NCBI GenBank assembly: GCA_965226795.1
Contig: CBDDDZ010000002.1
Span: 512,001-576,000, forward strand
Source of the DNA: Candidatus Latescibacterota bacterium
Lineage (GTDB): Bacteria > Latescibacterota > UBA2968 > GCA-2709665
Reading direction: 5' to 3'
DNA length: 64,000 bases
Made by a program: the position numbers and the translations under genes
In this document: piece after piece, positions 40,241-50,110 of the stretch
How positions within the stretch are numbered: the first letter of the stretch is position 1
How the letters are laid out: the number at the start of each line of letters is the position of its first letter
The notes under the pieces: model-generated
What the model saw: the letters and a program-made list of their open reading frames with translations, nothing else
Told to the model about the DNA's origin: nothing
The model's database searches: none

Positions 40241-41341
40241 TCAATCCGTCCCTTCGCCGACGGCGTTCTTTTCCCAGATTTCTCCGAGCGCGTATTCCTC
40301 CACCCATGAGTCGAGCGCTTCGGCCTGGGGCCTCTCGAACTCCGTGGCTTCCTTATTTCGTTCCACGACCACGATATCGCCCGGCTCGAAGCTGTCAACG
40401 AATGCGCTGGACTGCGTGCTGACGAGCACCTGCGCATGCTGGCTTACGGAACGAAACAACGAGGCAATCACATCCACCGCACAGGGGTCCAGTCCGAGTT
40501 CCGGTTCATCCACCACAATCAGAGACGGCAGTTTCTCAGTAGGCTGTAACAGAAGCGAAATCAGACAGATAGATCGCAACGTACCGTCCGAAAGCTGATG
40601 AGGACCGAAAATGAGATCGGACTCGCGATGCCGCCAATTGAGAATGACGTCCCGTGAATCGGCGAGCTCCAGATCGAAGTCATCGAAGAACGGCGCCACC
40701 TGCCGGATGGTGGTCACAATACGCCGGTAGACGGTTTCACTACTGGACTTGAGCGCGTAGAGTATGGCTGCGAGGTTGCCCGCGTCGGGCTTAATCCATC
40801 GGTTGTCTCCGATGTAACCATATTGCCGGACTCTCGAAGTCGGCGATGTATCGTGGAAATGATAGACGCGACAACGATTCAGCAAAACCCTCAGCGTTTT
40901 CGCCGTGGGCTCTCCTGTTTCTGCCACTTCTCCAATTTTCGTTTCCAGATGGCCAACTCCCAGTTGTACCGTTTTCGGGTTGGGATACCCTTGTTGGTGG
41001 AACGCAAGTGTTTCTTCAGCAAAAATCAGAGAATCGCCGGCGGCGTGGAAGAGTCTCATATTGTAGGTGTCCGTTCCGTTCTCCACCTCAAACACCATTC
41101 TCGCTTCCAGTTGAGGCGTCACTCTGGGGCCGAAGTGCAGGTTTCCCGTGGCCCGACCGGTCGACCCGATGTGTTGCTGGAGGCGTCCGCCCATCAATTC
41201 ATTCACCAGCTTGAAGAAGGCAATGAGATTGCTCTTGCCGACTCCGTTTGCGCCGATGAGGACGTTGAGCGGTCTGAGTTCCAATTTCATCTCTTTGATG
41301 GACCGAAAACCCTTAATCTCGACATTCTTCAGCGTTGTCAT
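40241..41341 (-). CDS. AAA_21/ABC-type ATPase
   Basis: GFRSI, GANGVGKS Walker A, YHFHD, LSDGT, VVDEPELGL, VSTQS. Confidence 0.92.
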   Translation of the reverse strand: MTTLKNVEIKGFRSIKEMKLELRPLNVLIGANGVGKSNLIAFFKLVNELMGGRLQQHIGSTGRATGNLHFGPRVTPQLEARMVFEVENGTDTYNMRLFHAAGDSLIFAEETLAFHQQGYPNPKTVQLGVGHLETKIGEVAETGEPTAKTLRVLLNRCRVYHFHDTSPTSRVRQYGYIGDNRWIKPDAGNLAAILYALKSSSETVYRRIVTTIRQVAPFFDDFDLELADSRDVILNWRHRESDLIFGPHQLSDGTLRSICLISLLLQPTEKLPSLIVVDEPELGLDPCAVDVIASLFRSVSQHAQVLVSTQSSAFVDSFEPGDIVVVERNKEATEFERPQAEALDSWVEEYALGEIWEKNAVGEGTD

Positions 41342-41463
41342 GGTGTTTACCCCAAATATGACACATTAAAGATCGTACATTGCAAATTCGCCAACAGCAA
41401 ATGATTCTACTCGCCAACGGCTTCCAGTCCCTGGATGTACGGTCATCGTCGGATTCTCCACCC

Positions 41464-44400
41464 TCAAAACACGTACCTCATCCCGATCTGCATTTCGCGC
41501 GGATCGCCGAGGCCGGACTGGACGGTGCCGTCGAAATTGAACAGCAGGCCCGCGGTGGAGGGGTCGCGGTAGTTGTCCGTGTTGAGCAGGTTGAAGATCT
41601 CGACAATGGCCTCCAGCGTGCCGTTGCCCATCGGAATGGGGCGCGTGAGGCGAACGTCCCATGAGAAGAATCCGTGATCCTTGCGCAGGGTGTTGCGCTG
41701 GACGATGGCGCCGTCTGCGCAGATCCGGTCGGACGTGGGCCCCCAGGGATTGGTCGTGGGCCGGGTAGACGCCCGGTTGTTGCCGCCGCAGGCGGCGGAG
41801 GTCGGCTGCGGCGAATAGAAGCTCAGGCGATTGTTCATCAAAACGTCGCCGGGCAATGCCGCCACCGCCCAGGCGTTGAAGCGATGGCGCTGGTCGCGAT
41901 CCGAAGAGCCCCATTCCCGATCCAGCCGGGTCGGATCGACGTACCGGTAGGTGAATGGGTCGCGTTCGTTGTCGTCGTCGGACCTGTCCCAGGACAATGT
42001 ATAGTTGATCTGGAACTGCAGGTCGTCATGCACGACACGCCGCAACCCGAAGCTGACGCCATGGTAGCGGGATCGGGCGGTGTTCTCGGTCACGGTCAGG
42101 TTGCCGACGCCGTTGTCGCCGTCCGGACCCAGGCCGGTTGACCATGGTAAACCGAACACCGCGTCGTTACGGTTGACGAAACGCGTGAGATTGTCGGTGC
42201 GGGAGTAGGTGTAATCGAAGGAGCCCACAAGCCCCGACGCCTGCAACTCGTGCTCGATACCCGCGTTGAGGCTGAGGGTTCGCGGGTTCTTGAAGTTCTT
42301 ATCGAAGACATGGATGTTGGGGCGATAGGGGTCCCCCTTGGGCGAGGGCAGCAGTTCGCCGTACGTCGGAGGCGGACCCAGGACCGGCGTCAACTCGCTG
42401 GACCGGAAAAGAGATTGCCCGCGCGAGCCGTTTGTCGAGCGGGCGCTGGCCAGGTTCAACCCGGGTATGCGGGCGTAGTAAATCCCGGCGCTGGCGCGCA
42501 AGAGGGTCTTGTTGTCACCGTGCGCGTCGTAGGCCAGGCCGATCCGCGGCTGGAACATATCCAGGTCGGAGGGGATTCTGCCGTTGGACGGGAAGCTGTG
42601 GGCGCCCACGTCGTTGGTCACGGTCTTGCCGATGAAATCGGCGAAGAAGACCCTGGAAGGATCGGTGATGGGGTCGGGCTGAATCTGCGACTCCCAGCGC
42701 AAACCGTAGTTGACCGTCAGTCTGTTGGAGGCCTGCCAGCTGTCCTGAACGAACAGGGCCAATTCGTGCTGCGGGATGTTCTGGGTGCCCGCTTCCTCCA
42801 CGGACAACCCGCCCGCGCCGGCCTGCTCCATGTAGAACATGACCGGTCCCGTGATTTGCGCGCCTTCGGCGCATACGCCCTCGGTGCTGAAACTTCCGTC
42901 GGAACATTCGACGTAGCGGTTGCCCTTTTCCACGAAGTTGAGGAACCCGTCCACCGAGTCGAAGATGTACCGTCCGTTGGCGAAACCGATAAAGGTCTGC
43001 GCGGATTCGACGCGGTTCCACTCGACGCCGGCCTTGAACAGGTGGCCGCCCCTGGCCAGGGAGATATTGTTGAGCAACTGGACGCGGGTGTCGTAGTATT
43101 CCACCGGTATGAAGAACGGCATGCCGAAGCGATAGCCGTGCATGTAATCCATGCCGGTGTCCGGGAAGGGGCGCCCGGTATCGGGGTTGACCGGACCCTT
43201 GTAGGGGCGTGGCCGATCCTCGCGGGAGACCTGGAATCGGAATTCATTGATGGTGTTGGGGGATAGAAGCGATACCAGGCTGCCGTTGAAGGCGTGCGAC
43301 CAGTCTCTTTCTATCGCATTGGCGCTGCGCGCCCAGGAGTCCACGTCGAAGGTGCCGTTTTCCTGTTCCGACCATGTGTAATTGTACTTGAAGGTGGCGG
43401 AATGGTCCTTCGAGAGGTGAAGATCCACTTTGGCCAGAAAGGCACGGGCGTCGTTGGTGCGGTCGATGGGGCCGTAGTCTTCCCGCAACGCCCCGTTGAA
43501 CCCGGTGTCCATAAAGCGCCGCAAGCGGGCGTCAATCCGCTCGATGTCGCTTTGCCGGGTGTCTCTTAACACCTGCTGGTCGTACGCCGCGAAGAAGAAC
43601 GCCTTGTCCCGGATCAGCGGGCCACCGAGCGTGAACCCGAACTGCCCCTGCCTGAAGCGGGGTCTGCGTTCGGCGCCGTTGTGCCTCGCGATTTCGGAGA
43701 GCGCGTCGTGCTTGCCGAAAAAATGCGCCGATCCGCTCAGTCTGTTGGTGCCCGACTTGGTGATGACGTTGACGAAGCCGCCGCTGGAGCGCCCGAATTC
43801 CGCATTGGCGCCCTGGGGAACCACAACGATTTCCGCAACGGCGTCCAGATTGAAGGTGAAGGCCGGGCGCTGACCCCCGCGTTGTTCGCCGAAGAACGGG
43901 TTGTTGAAATCGGCGCCGTCTACCGAGATATTGTTGTGGATGCCGCGTTGTCCGGCAATGGTCAATTCGTCTCCGTCCGGCCCCTGGACGATGCTCACGC
44001 CGGGGGTCAAGAGCGTGAGGTTCAGAAAATTGCGCCCATTGTTCGGCAGATTCTGTACCGCCTCCTCAGGCAGGCGGGTGGCCGTCTCGGTCCGGGTGAC
44101 GTCGACGGCGGGCCTTCTGGCCACAACGACGAACTCCTCCATTTCAATAATCATCTTGATGGTCAGTTCGACCGTCTCGCCAACCCGAACCTGCACCCCG
44201 GTCTGACGGGCATCGGCCCATCCCTCCGCCCGAACCGTCACGTCGTAGAAACCGAGAGGCAACAGGGTCGCGGTGAACAGACCCAGTTCGGACGACGCAA
44301 GGATTCTCCGGTAATTGGTACCTGCCTCCCTGAGGATAACGGTGGCGTCTCCAATGGGATTGTTGAACTGATCGCACACGAATCCGCGGATCACACCCGT

Positions 44401-44475
44401 GGTCGCCTGGGATTGGGCGCCCGCCGGGCGGTACATCAGGGCGATTGACAGCAGGAGGAGGAACAGCGTGCGCAT
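41464..44475 (-). CDS. TonB-dependent receptor with carboxypeptidase-regulatory-like N-domain (Oar-like)
   Basis: Signal peptide MRTLFLLLL, LP-NGRNFL-L-LLTPGV, AEFGRSSGG-VNVITKSGTN, QPRIG-AYD, C-terminal RYVF. Confidence 0.93.
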   Translation of the reverse strand: MRTLFLLLLSIALMYRPAGAQSQATTGVIRGFVCDQFNNPIGDATVILREAGTNYRRILASSELGLFTATLLPLGFYDVTVRAEGWADARQTGVQVRVGETVELTIKMIIEMEEFVVVARRPAVDVTRTETATRLPEEAVQNLPNNGRNFLNLTLLTPGVSIVQGPDGDELTIAGQRGIHNNISVDGADFNNPFFGEQRGGQRPAFTFNLDAVAEIVVVPQGANAEFGRSSGGFVNVITKSGTNRLSGSAHFFGKHDALSEIARHNGAERRPRFRQGQFGFTLGGPLIRDKAFFFAAYDQQVLRDTRQSDIERIDARLRRFMDTGFNGALREDYGPIDRTNDARAFLAKVDLHLSKDHSATFKYNYTWSEQENGTFDVDSWARSANAIERDWSHAFNGSLVSLLSPNTINEFRFQVSREDRPRPYKGPVNPDTGRPFPDTGMDYMHGYRFGMPFFIPVEYYDTRVQLLNNISLARGGHLFKAGVEWNRVESAQTFIGFANGRYIFDSVDGFLNFVEKGNRYVECSDGSFSTEGVCAEGAQITGPVMFYMEQAGAGGLSVEEAGTQNIPQHELALFVQDSWQASNRLTVNYGLRWESQIQPDPITDPSRVFFADFIGKTVTNDVGAHSFPSNGRIPSDLDMFQPRIGLAYDAHGDNKTLLRASAGIYYARIPGLNLASARSTNGSRGQSLFRSSELTPVLGPPPTYGELLPSPKGDPYRPNIHVFDKNFKNPRTLSLNAGIEHELQASGLVGSFDYTYSRTDNLTRFVNRNDAVFGLPWSTGLGPDGDNGVGNLTVTENTARSRYHGVSFGLRRVVHDDLQFQINYTLSWDRSDDDNERDPFTYRYVDPTRLDREWGSSDRDQRHRFNAWAVAALPGDVLMNNRLSFYSPQPTSAACGGNNRASTRPTTNPWGPTSDRICADGAIVQRNTLRKDHGFFSWDVRLTRPIPMGNGTLEAIVEIFNLLNTDNYRDPSTAGLLFNFDGTVQSGLGDPREMQIGMRYVF

Positions 44476-44977
44476 CGGGGATTGGATATGGCGGCAGGTC
44501 ATGGCGTTTGCTGGCGTAGCGGATGTAGCTTCAGCTGAAGAATAACTTCCTTTGTGAATACCATTTGTCAACGGCGATGTGCCGGATCGCTCCCATTCGG
44601 GCCGAGGAAGGGTAGAACCATAGGGTTGGGCGGGTACTCCGCAGGGCTGGGACGCATCGCGACAACCGGAATGGATCCTTACCAGCGGGCGCCGTTCGGC
44701 ACCGACTGCACGTCCCGTCACCTAATAAAAAAAGCGACCTATAGTCGCCCGTGATTGCACTGCTCCGCCTAGTGTCCCGTCCCAGAAATATGTCACCATT
44801 CTTCCGCCTGTCTGCGTGCAGGGCTTCCGCACAGGCAGGCCGATTCATCCCGTCTGGCGGCGTTGCCTTCCCTCGCCGACCTTGCCCAGGTCGCCTCGCT
44901 CAGGCGCCTTGCCAGCCGGGCGACTCGACGCCCGAATTTCGGCAATCTATTTCCGGGACAGAACACCCGTCCCGCGC

Positions 44978-45490
44978 CTATGCTGCCGAGCCAGGCCGGC
45001 GCAACTCGACCCGCCCGCGTTCGAGCAGGATGACCACCCTGGCCACCGAACACTGCATCCGCTCGGCGATCGCCGCGATTGTTTCGCCCTCGTCCCGATA
45101 GAGGCGTACGACCTCTGCCTGGTCGATTCCGGGTACGTACCCTTTGTTTCCCTTCAACCCCGCGTGTTTGGTGACCTGTACATCTCCGGTAACCCCCACC
45201 TGGCAGGCCAGGCGCAGATTCCCTTTCAGCAGCAGAAAGCGCAGATTCTCCCTGGCGCCCCTTCCGGTGAGGCCGTCCTGCGGGACAACTTCGACCGTGC
45301 AGGTTCCGCACAACCCGTTGCCTTCGCAATTCACGAACCGGGAGATCCCGTTATAGAGACCGATATCGTTTTCAATGGCCAGTTGCCGGAGGTTGGTATG
45401 CGGTTTGCACTCGACCGTTTTGTCCCAGTTCGTGAACGTAACCTTGCAAACCTTTTTGCGCTCTGGCAGGCTGCCAATAAAAGTGGACAT
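44978..45490 (-). CDS. 2Fe-2S ferredoxin with C-terminal HTH-like extension
   Basis: CEGNGLCGTC...RLACQ; tail VVRLYRDEGETIAAIAERMQCSVARV. Confidence 0.8.
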   Translation of the reverse strand: MSTFIGSLPERKKVCKVTFTNWDKTVECKPHTNLRQLAIENDIGLYNGISRFVNCEGNGLCGTCTVEVVPQDGLTGRGARENLRFLLLKGNLRLACQVGVTGDVQVTKHAGLKGNKGYVPGIDQAEVVRLYRDEGETIAAIAERMQCSVARVVILLERGRVELRRPGSAA

Positions 45491-45905
45491 GAAAACCTCG
45501 AAAATCAGCGGTCAGCAAACGGCCCGAAAAAAGCAAGACGCTAGACGTGAGAAGACAACCCCTCGCCCCGCTGATGTCGTGCCCGTATTTGCTTTCCCCC
45601 TGTCGAATCTCCTTTAGCTTCTCGCTAACATGGGTCCGGAGGCGGGGGGGCATGAACGCAGAGTTACCGACCCGTCTCCCTTCATACCTCTGACTTCTTG
45701 CCGACTACAAGGTATCGATTTTCGGCCCGGAAAACAAGCGGAAAACGGCTCTGACGCGATACAAAAAAAGACGGTTTTAAATCGGTGCGCGAGACGGCTA
45801 ACTTTGGTATATTGCAATAGGAATGAGCGCCAACCCCATCCGGGCAGATCGCTGCGGAACGAAGCAGGGCAGACAGGCGCCATACCGATTGACGAAAGCG
45901 AATAT

Positions 45906-46790
45906 ATGGCGAATCCATCCGCCGAGGCGGCCGTACGGCGGGCCGTGACCTCGCACTCCAGGCTCTTCGAAAACAACCGGTACGTCTATCCGGTGCTCTC
46001 GCGGCGCTCCGGAGGCATCTCCGTTGGCATCAATCTGAACCCGGACAAAATCTGCAACTTCGACTGCATCTACTGCCAGGTGGATCGCACGGTCGCGCCA
46101 GTGCTGCGCGACGTGGACGAGGACCGGCTGATCGACGAACTCAACGGCCTGCTTGGAGACACGATTGGAGGCCGCCTATTTCAGCACCCGGCCTTCCGGG
46201 AGATCCCCGATCGGCTCAAGCGGATCAACGACATCGCTTTTTCCGGCGACGGCGAGCCCACAACCTATCCCCGGTTCAGGGAGATCGTCGAAAAAACCGC
46301 GGCTGTAAAGCGGACGTTCGACCTGTCCGAGGTGAAAATCACCGCCATCACCAACTGCACCCGGTTCCACGTCCCGGCGGTTCTGGATGCCTTTGACGTC
46401 ATGCACAGGAACAACGGGGAGATCTGGGCAAAGCTGGAGGCTGGCACCGCCGAATATTACCACCTGGTGGAACGCACCCGCATCTCATTCGAACGGATCG
46501 TGGACAATCTGAAACTCGCCGCACGAAGATGGCCCCTGGTCATCCAGAGTCTGTTCATGCGGGTTCACGGACAGCCCCCTCCTCCGGAAGAAATCCTCGC
46601 CTTCTGCAATATCCTCTCCGACGTCATCGACGAGGGCGGAAGCCTCAAAAATGTCCAGATCTACACGGTCGCCCGGGATCCCGCCGAATCGTACGTGACC
46701 GCCCTGAGCGACGCCGAAGTCGATCTCATCACCCGAACCACCCGCGAAATCCTGCCCGGCATCCCCGTCGAATCCTACTACGGCGCCTGA
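45906..46790 (+). CDS. Radical SAM protein
   Basis: YPVLSRRSGG-S-GINL, CNFDCIYC, AFSGDGEPT. Confidence 0.9.
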   Translation: MANPSAEAAVRRAVTSHSRLFENNRYVYPVLSRRSGGISVGINLNPDKICNFDCIYCQVDRTVAPVLRDVDEDRLIDELNGLLGDTIGGRLFQHPAFREIPDRLKRINDIAFSGDGEPTTYPRFREIVEKTAAVKRTFDLSEVKITAITNCTRFHVPAVLDAFDVMHRNNGEIWAKLEAGTAEYYHLVERTRISFERIVDNLKLAARRWPLVIQSLFMRVHGQPPPPEEILAFCNILSDVIDEGGSLKNVQIYTVARDPAESYVTALSDAEVDLITRTTREILPGIPVESYYGA

Positions 46791-46803
46791 ACCACATCAA
46801 TTT

Positions 46804-46845
46804 ACATGGATGAACAGGATTGAAGCGGCGTGGTTTCAATCCTGT
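46804..46845. repeat. Short family A element / hairpin after the radical SAM stop
   Basis: ACATGGATGAACAGGATTGAA...TTCAATCCTGT. Confidence 0.65.
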
Positions 46846-47051
46846 CTAACCTTATTTCCCGCCTTGCCGCACTTATATTAACTCCCTGGAATCAGCCCGA
46901 ATACAAACGTGCGACCCACAGCTCGCACTTGACCTGGTGCCATATCCCGCGCGATACCTGCCATTCCCTCTGCGTGTGGGACAGGTTAAATGCGAAATCT
47001 GTCTTGATTTATTTGATTTTCATTGTATCTACCAAATAATGGAGGAACGAT

Positions 47052-47294
47052 ATGGAAACCCGTGTGCAGAAATGGGGCAATAGTTTAGCCCTGCGCATTC
47101 CCAAGCCACTCGCTGATCAGATTGGACTTGAACCTAATTCACCGGTCGAATTATCGCTGCGCGGTAAGGAGTTGGTCATTGAACCTGTGAGCCCTTCCGA
47201 CTTGAATTTGGACGACCTTTTAGCCCAGGTGACCGAACACAACTTACACGGTGAAGTGGATCCTGGACCTCCGATAGGCGGTGAAGTCTGGTGA
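47052..47294 (+). CDS. mazE: AbrB/MazE antitoxin
   Basis: VQKWGNSLALRIPK...LDDLLAQVT..NLHGEVD-G-P-G-EVW; GGAGG RBS. Confidence 0.93.
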   Translation: METRVQKWGNSLALRIPKPLADQIGLEPNSPVELSLRGKELVIEPVSPSDLNLDDLLAQVTEHNLHGEVDPGPPIGGEVW

Positions 47295-47345
47295 GGCCGA
47301 ACGAGTACGTACCACAGCGCGTCGATGCGGTCGGGCACAAACAAA
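47291..47345 (+). pseudogene. Remnant of the mazF 5' end
   Basis: GTGA overlap, then YVPQRVDAV-GHKQ, resembling MazF YVP-RGD-V...GHEQ with internal and 3' deletions. Confidence 0.65.
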
Positions 47346-47381
47346 CCCTCTCAATATCAGGGCTTGAATCCAATATACAGC

Positions 47382-47419
47382 TTGACACTCTTTCCTCAAT
47401 TGCACATATTAAGTGTGCA
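47382..47419 (+). promoter_or_regulatory. TA promoter with palindromic operator
   Basis: TTGACA-N17-CATATT; TGCACA-N7-TGTGCA inverted repeat overlaps the -10. Confidence 0.7.
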
Positions 47420-47434
47420 CTTCAAGGAGGAAAT

Positions 47435-47680
47435 ATGAAAGCAACCATTCTCGATTTACGTAGACGCATGAAAGACGTATTGCTCGCGCTCGACCGAAAC
47501 GAATCGGTCACCATCTATTATCGAGGCAAGGAAAAGGCAATCCTGTCACCCAGCCGTCAGAAGACGGAAATATCGGTAACAGACCATTCAGCTTTCGGGA
47601 TGTGGCGAGACAGGAAAGATATGGCAGACGTGGACAATTACGTCCGCAATCTGAGAAAAGGCCGGCTGGATGATCTTTGA
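47435..47680 (+). CDS. Phd/YefM-like antitoxin
   Basis: AAGGAGG RBS; TILDLRRRMKDVL-ALDRNESVTI--RGKEKAIL; AFGMW-DR; overlaps PIN gene. Confidence 0.85.
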   Translation: MKATILDLRRRMKDVLLALDRNESVTIYYRGKEKAILSPSRQKTEISVTDHSAFGMWRDRKDMADVDNYVRNLRKGRLDDL

Positions 47681-48047
47681 TACCGATGTTTTGATCTGGG
47701 TATTCAGGGGCCATGAAGGGGCTGCGCAATTTGTAGAAAGGCAAGATGACCGCCAGATATCGGTTGTAACGTATGCGGAACTGATCCAGGGTGCGAGAAG
47801 TCGGCAGGAATTAAGGGAAATCAAGTATTTCCTCAAAGATCACGCCTTTCAGACCTTGCCACTGACTGAAAATATCGGTCACAGAGCATCCGTATACATG
47901 GAGGAATATACGCTCAAGACGGCACTGTCACTGGCGGATGCCTTGATTGCGGCAACCGCCGTTGAACATCATCTGACACTTTGCACCGCCAATCGAAAAC
48001 ACTACCGCGCAATCAGTGAACTCGACTTGAAAACCTTCCGGCCATGA
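47670..48047 (+). CDS. vapC: PIN-domain toxin
   Basis: IFDTDVLI, ISVVT-AEL--G, LADALIAATA, TAN-KHY. Confidence 0.93.
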   Translation: MIFDTDVLIWVFRGHEGAAQFVERQDDRQISVVTYAELIQGARSRQELREIKYFLKDHAFQTLPLTENIGHRASVYMEEYTLKTALSLADALIAATAVEHHLTLCTANRKHYRAISELDLKTFRP

Positions 48048-48492
48048 TCGTTCAAGGCCGTTGAATCCCGGCAAACGGATCGCAAATCCACATGCACAAC
48101 GAAACCCAACGGACTCCATCAAACCGTTGGGCTTTTCCTATCACGGCGTCAAATCTGAAGACCCACCAACTATCGTTTGTCCCGCCAGCATGAACAGCCA
48201 ATGCGAGACTATCTACGTTCCGACGAATTTCTTTCCTTTTGCGAAATATAAACTGATATCCTGAATGAGGGCGGAAGACGCTTTGAAACGCCTGTGGCTC
48301 TTGGGAATGGGCTCAAACAACCCCAACATCAATTACGAGCAGAATAGAACAATGATAAAGATGAAATCTTGGGGACATTTGGTCTTAGCCTGACCAATTC
48401 ATGAATTGTCACGGCTAGCTGCCTTAGTCGCCAATCAATCAACTCAACCTCCGCCTAATGGCTTGTCGAGCCGTTGAGGAAACGGGCGTGAA

Positions 48493-48865
48493 GGTGGGGC
48501 AGACATTCCTGTCTGCCGTTCTCAATGTCCGTCTCCCGGAACGCAGACAGAAGAAGGGCTTGCGCCGCCTTTATAGCGTAGGGGCGACCGGCCGGTCGCC
48601 CCCTTCACGCATTCAGGCTTTTGAGGGATCTTCCCACTCGGTGTCAGTCCACGGTTCGGGGTGTCCCTTGAGCCAAAGCTTACGCGCTGCCTTAAAGGCG
48701 CGGCGTTTGTCCCGAGGGATCTCGTCAGCGAGGCGAAACGTGATCCAATAGATAGCGCCGTCCTTCTTCCAGTGCGGGAGACGGCGGCGAGTCGTGGCGT
48801 GCCGGACACAGGATTCTGAGGTTTCGGTTTGATTTATGTGAGCAGACAGGAATGTCTGCTCCACC
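48493..48865. repeat. REP cluster: inverted pair of GTGG-REPs plus a GTAG-REP
   Basis: GGTGGGGCAGACATTCCTGTCTGCC (48493-48517), its near reverse complement (48840-48865), GTAGGGGCGACCGGCCGGTCGCCCC (48578-48602). Confidence 0.85.
48613..48810 (-). pseudogene. Truncated REP-associated tyrosine (Y1/RAYT) transposase
   Basis: RRRLPHWKKDGAIYWITFRLAD N-terminal motif; the HUH region is absent. Confidence 0.75.
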
Positions 48866-49143
48866 TTTTCAAGCTTTGGTTCGAGGTATCGCTTGAGCGC
48901 GTGAACCATCTGAGACAAATCGCCTGTATTTGCTTCCACTTTCCGAAGCAGCAAGGTGTCACTGTCCCCTGTCTGGGTGCAGGTGACGCACAGTCAGGCT
49001 GGTCAGGACGCCCTCGTCGAAGGCGCCTTCCATATTCTTGCCGCATCGACTCGCAAGAGAGACCCTGTCATAATTATTTTGAATATCCACCGTAGTTTGA
49101 TCCCAATTCATTGTTATAACATTATTTGCGTCACCACAATACA

Positions 49144-49509
49144 ATGACTTGGGTAAGGGAACTCCTTGTTTATGAATTATCCAGGTTAGCAGTCGTTTAT
49201 GTGTTGCTCTACGTCGCGCAGTTTTGGGTTGTAATGTCTCAGGTGTCCAGATGGACCGGTAAGATCTGGCTGGCCCTGATCATATCGTTAGCTATTGTAT
49301 TTCTACGGATTCCGATCCGTATTCTTCCATTTGATGTTCCGTGGTTTTTGGCTGTGAATTGGTATTTCGAGGGCACAATATGGATCGGACAATGGGGATT
49401 ATGGACCTGGGGTTACCTATTTACTTGGATCATAATTGGGTTAATCGAAAACATCTACGGCGGATCTCCTTTGAAAGATGGCTCTGGAGATTCCAAGCCT
49501 ACAGGATGA
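49144..49509 (+). CDS. Small AT-rich membrane protein
   Basis: Three Trp-rich hydrophobic segments. Confidence 0.55.
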   Translation: MTWVRELLVYELSRLAVVYVLLYVAQFWVVMSQVSRWTGKIWLALIISLAIVFLRIPIRILPFDVPWFLAVNWYFEGTIWIGQWGLWTWGYLFTWIIIGLIENIYGGSPLKDGSGDSKPTG

Positions 49510-49531
49510 ACCCAATTTTACATATTCTCTT

Positions 49532-49789
49532 ATGAAAGTGCCTCTTCACAAACTCGGCCGACGCGTGAAAGACGTATTGCTCGCGCTTGACCGGAACGAA
49601 TCCGTCACCATTCTCAATCGAGGCAAGGAGAAATCCATCCTGTCTCCCAGCCGGCAGCGAACAGATAAATCCGAAACGGACCATACAGCTTTCGGGATGT
49701 GGCGAGACAGGAAAGATATGGCGGACGTCGACGTTTACGTCCGGAATCTGAGAGACGGACGTCTGGATCGCAGTCTGAACACCGGATAG
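49532..49789 (+). CDS. Orphan paralog of the 47435 antitoxin (possibly degenerate)
   Basis: High DNA and protein similarity to 47435-47680; no PIN gene follows. Confidence 0.7.
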   Translation: MKVPLHKLGRRVKDVLLALDRNESVTILNRGKEKSILSPSRQRTDKSETDHTAFGMWRDRKDMADVDVYVRNLRDGRLDRSLNTG

Positions 49790-50110
49790 TCGATCGCGAA
49801 TCCCCAGGGACCCGGCGATTGCCCGTTCTTTTCGCCAATCGGGACGAAAATCGGCATACACAATAAAGAAGCCCAACGTTCGCTTTTGAGCCGTTGGGCT
49901 TTTACAATCAGAGCGTCGAATCTGTAAAACCTGCCAACTGCCTTATCCGAACGCATTTCGCCAATAGTGCGGCTGGACGTCCCGCAGTTTTCTGGCTTGC
50001 CATTTGTGGGGATTGCCGGGCACTGGAACGGCGACTTCGACGTCGAGTCCCCAAAGCGCGAGCATTTCGACAAGCTTGCTTCGACAAGCCGTTTCGACAG
50101 GCACCCCGAT

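Noticed and set aside
48870..49050. Possible gene fragment (MEGAFDEGVLTSLTVRHLHP / LLRKVEAN...LEK)
   Set aside because: Looks coding and frameshifted, but I cannot assign a family
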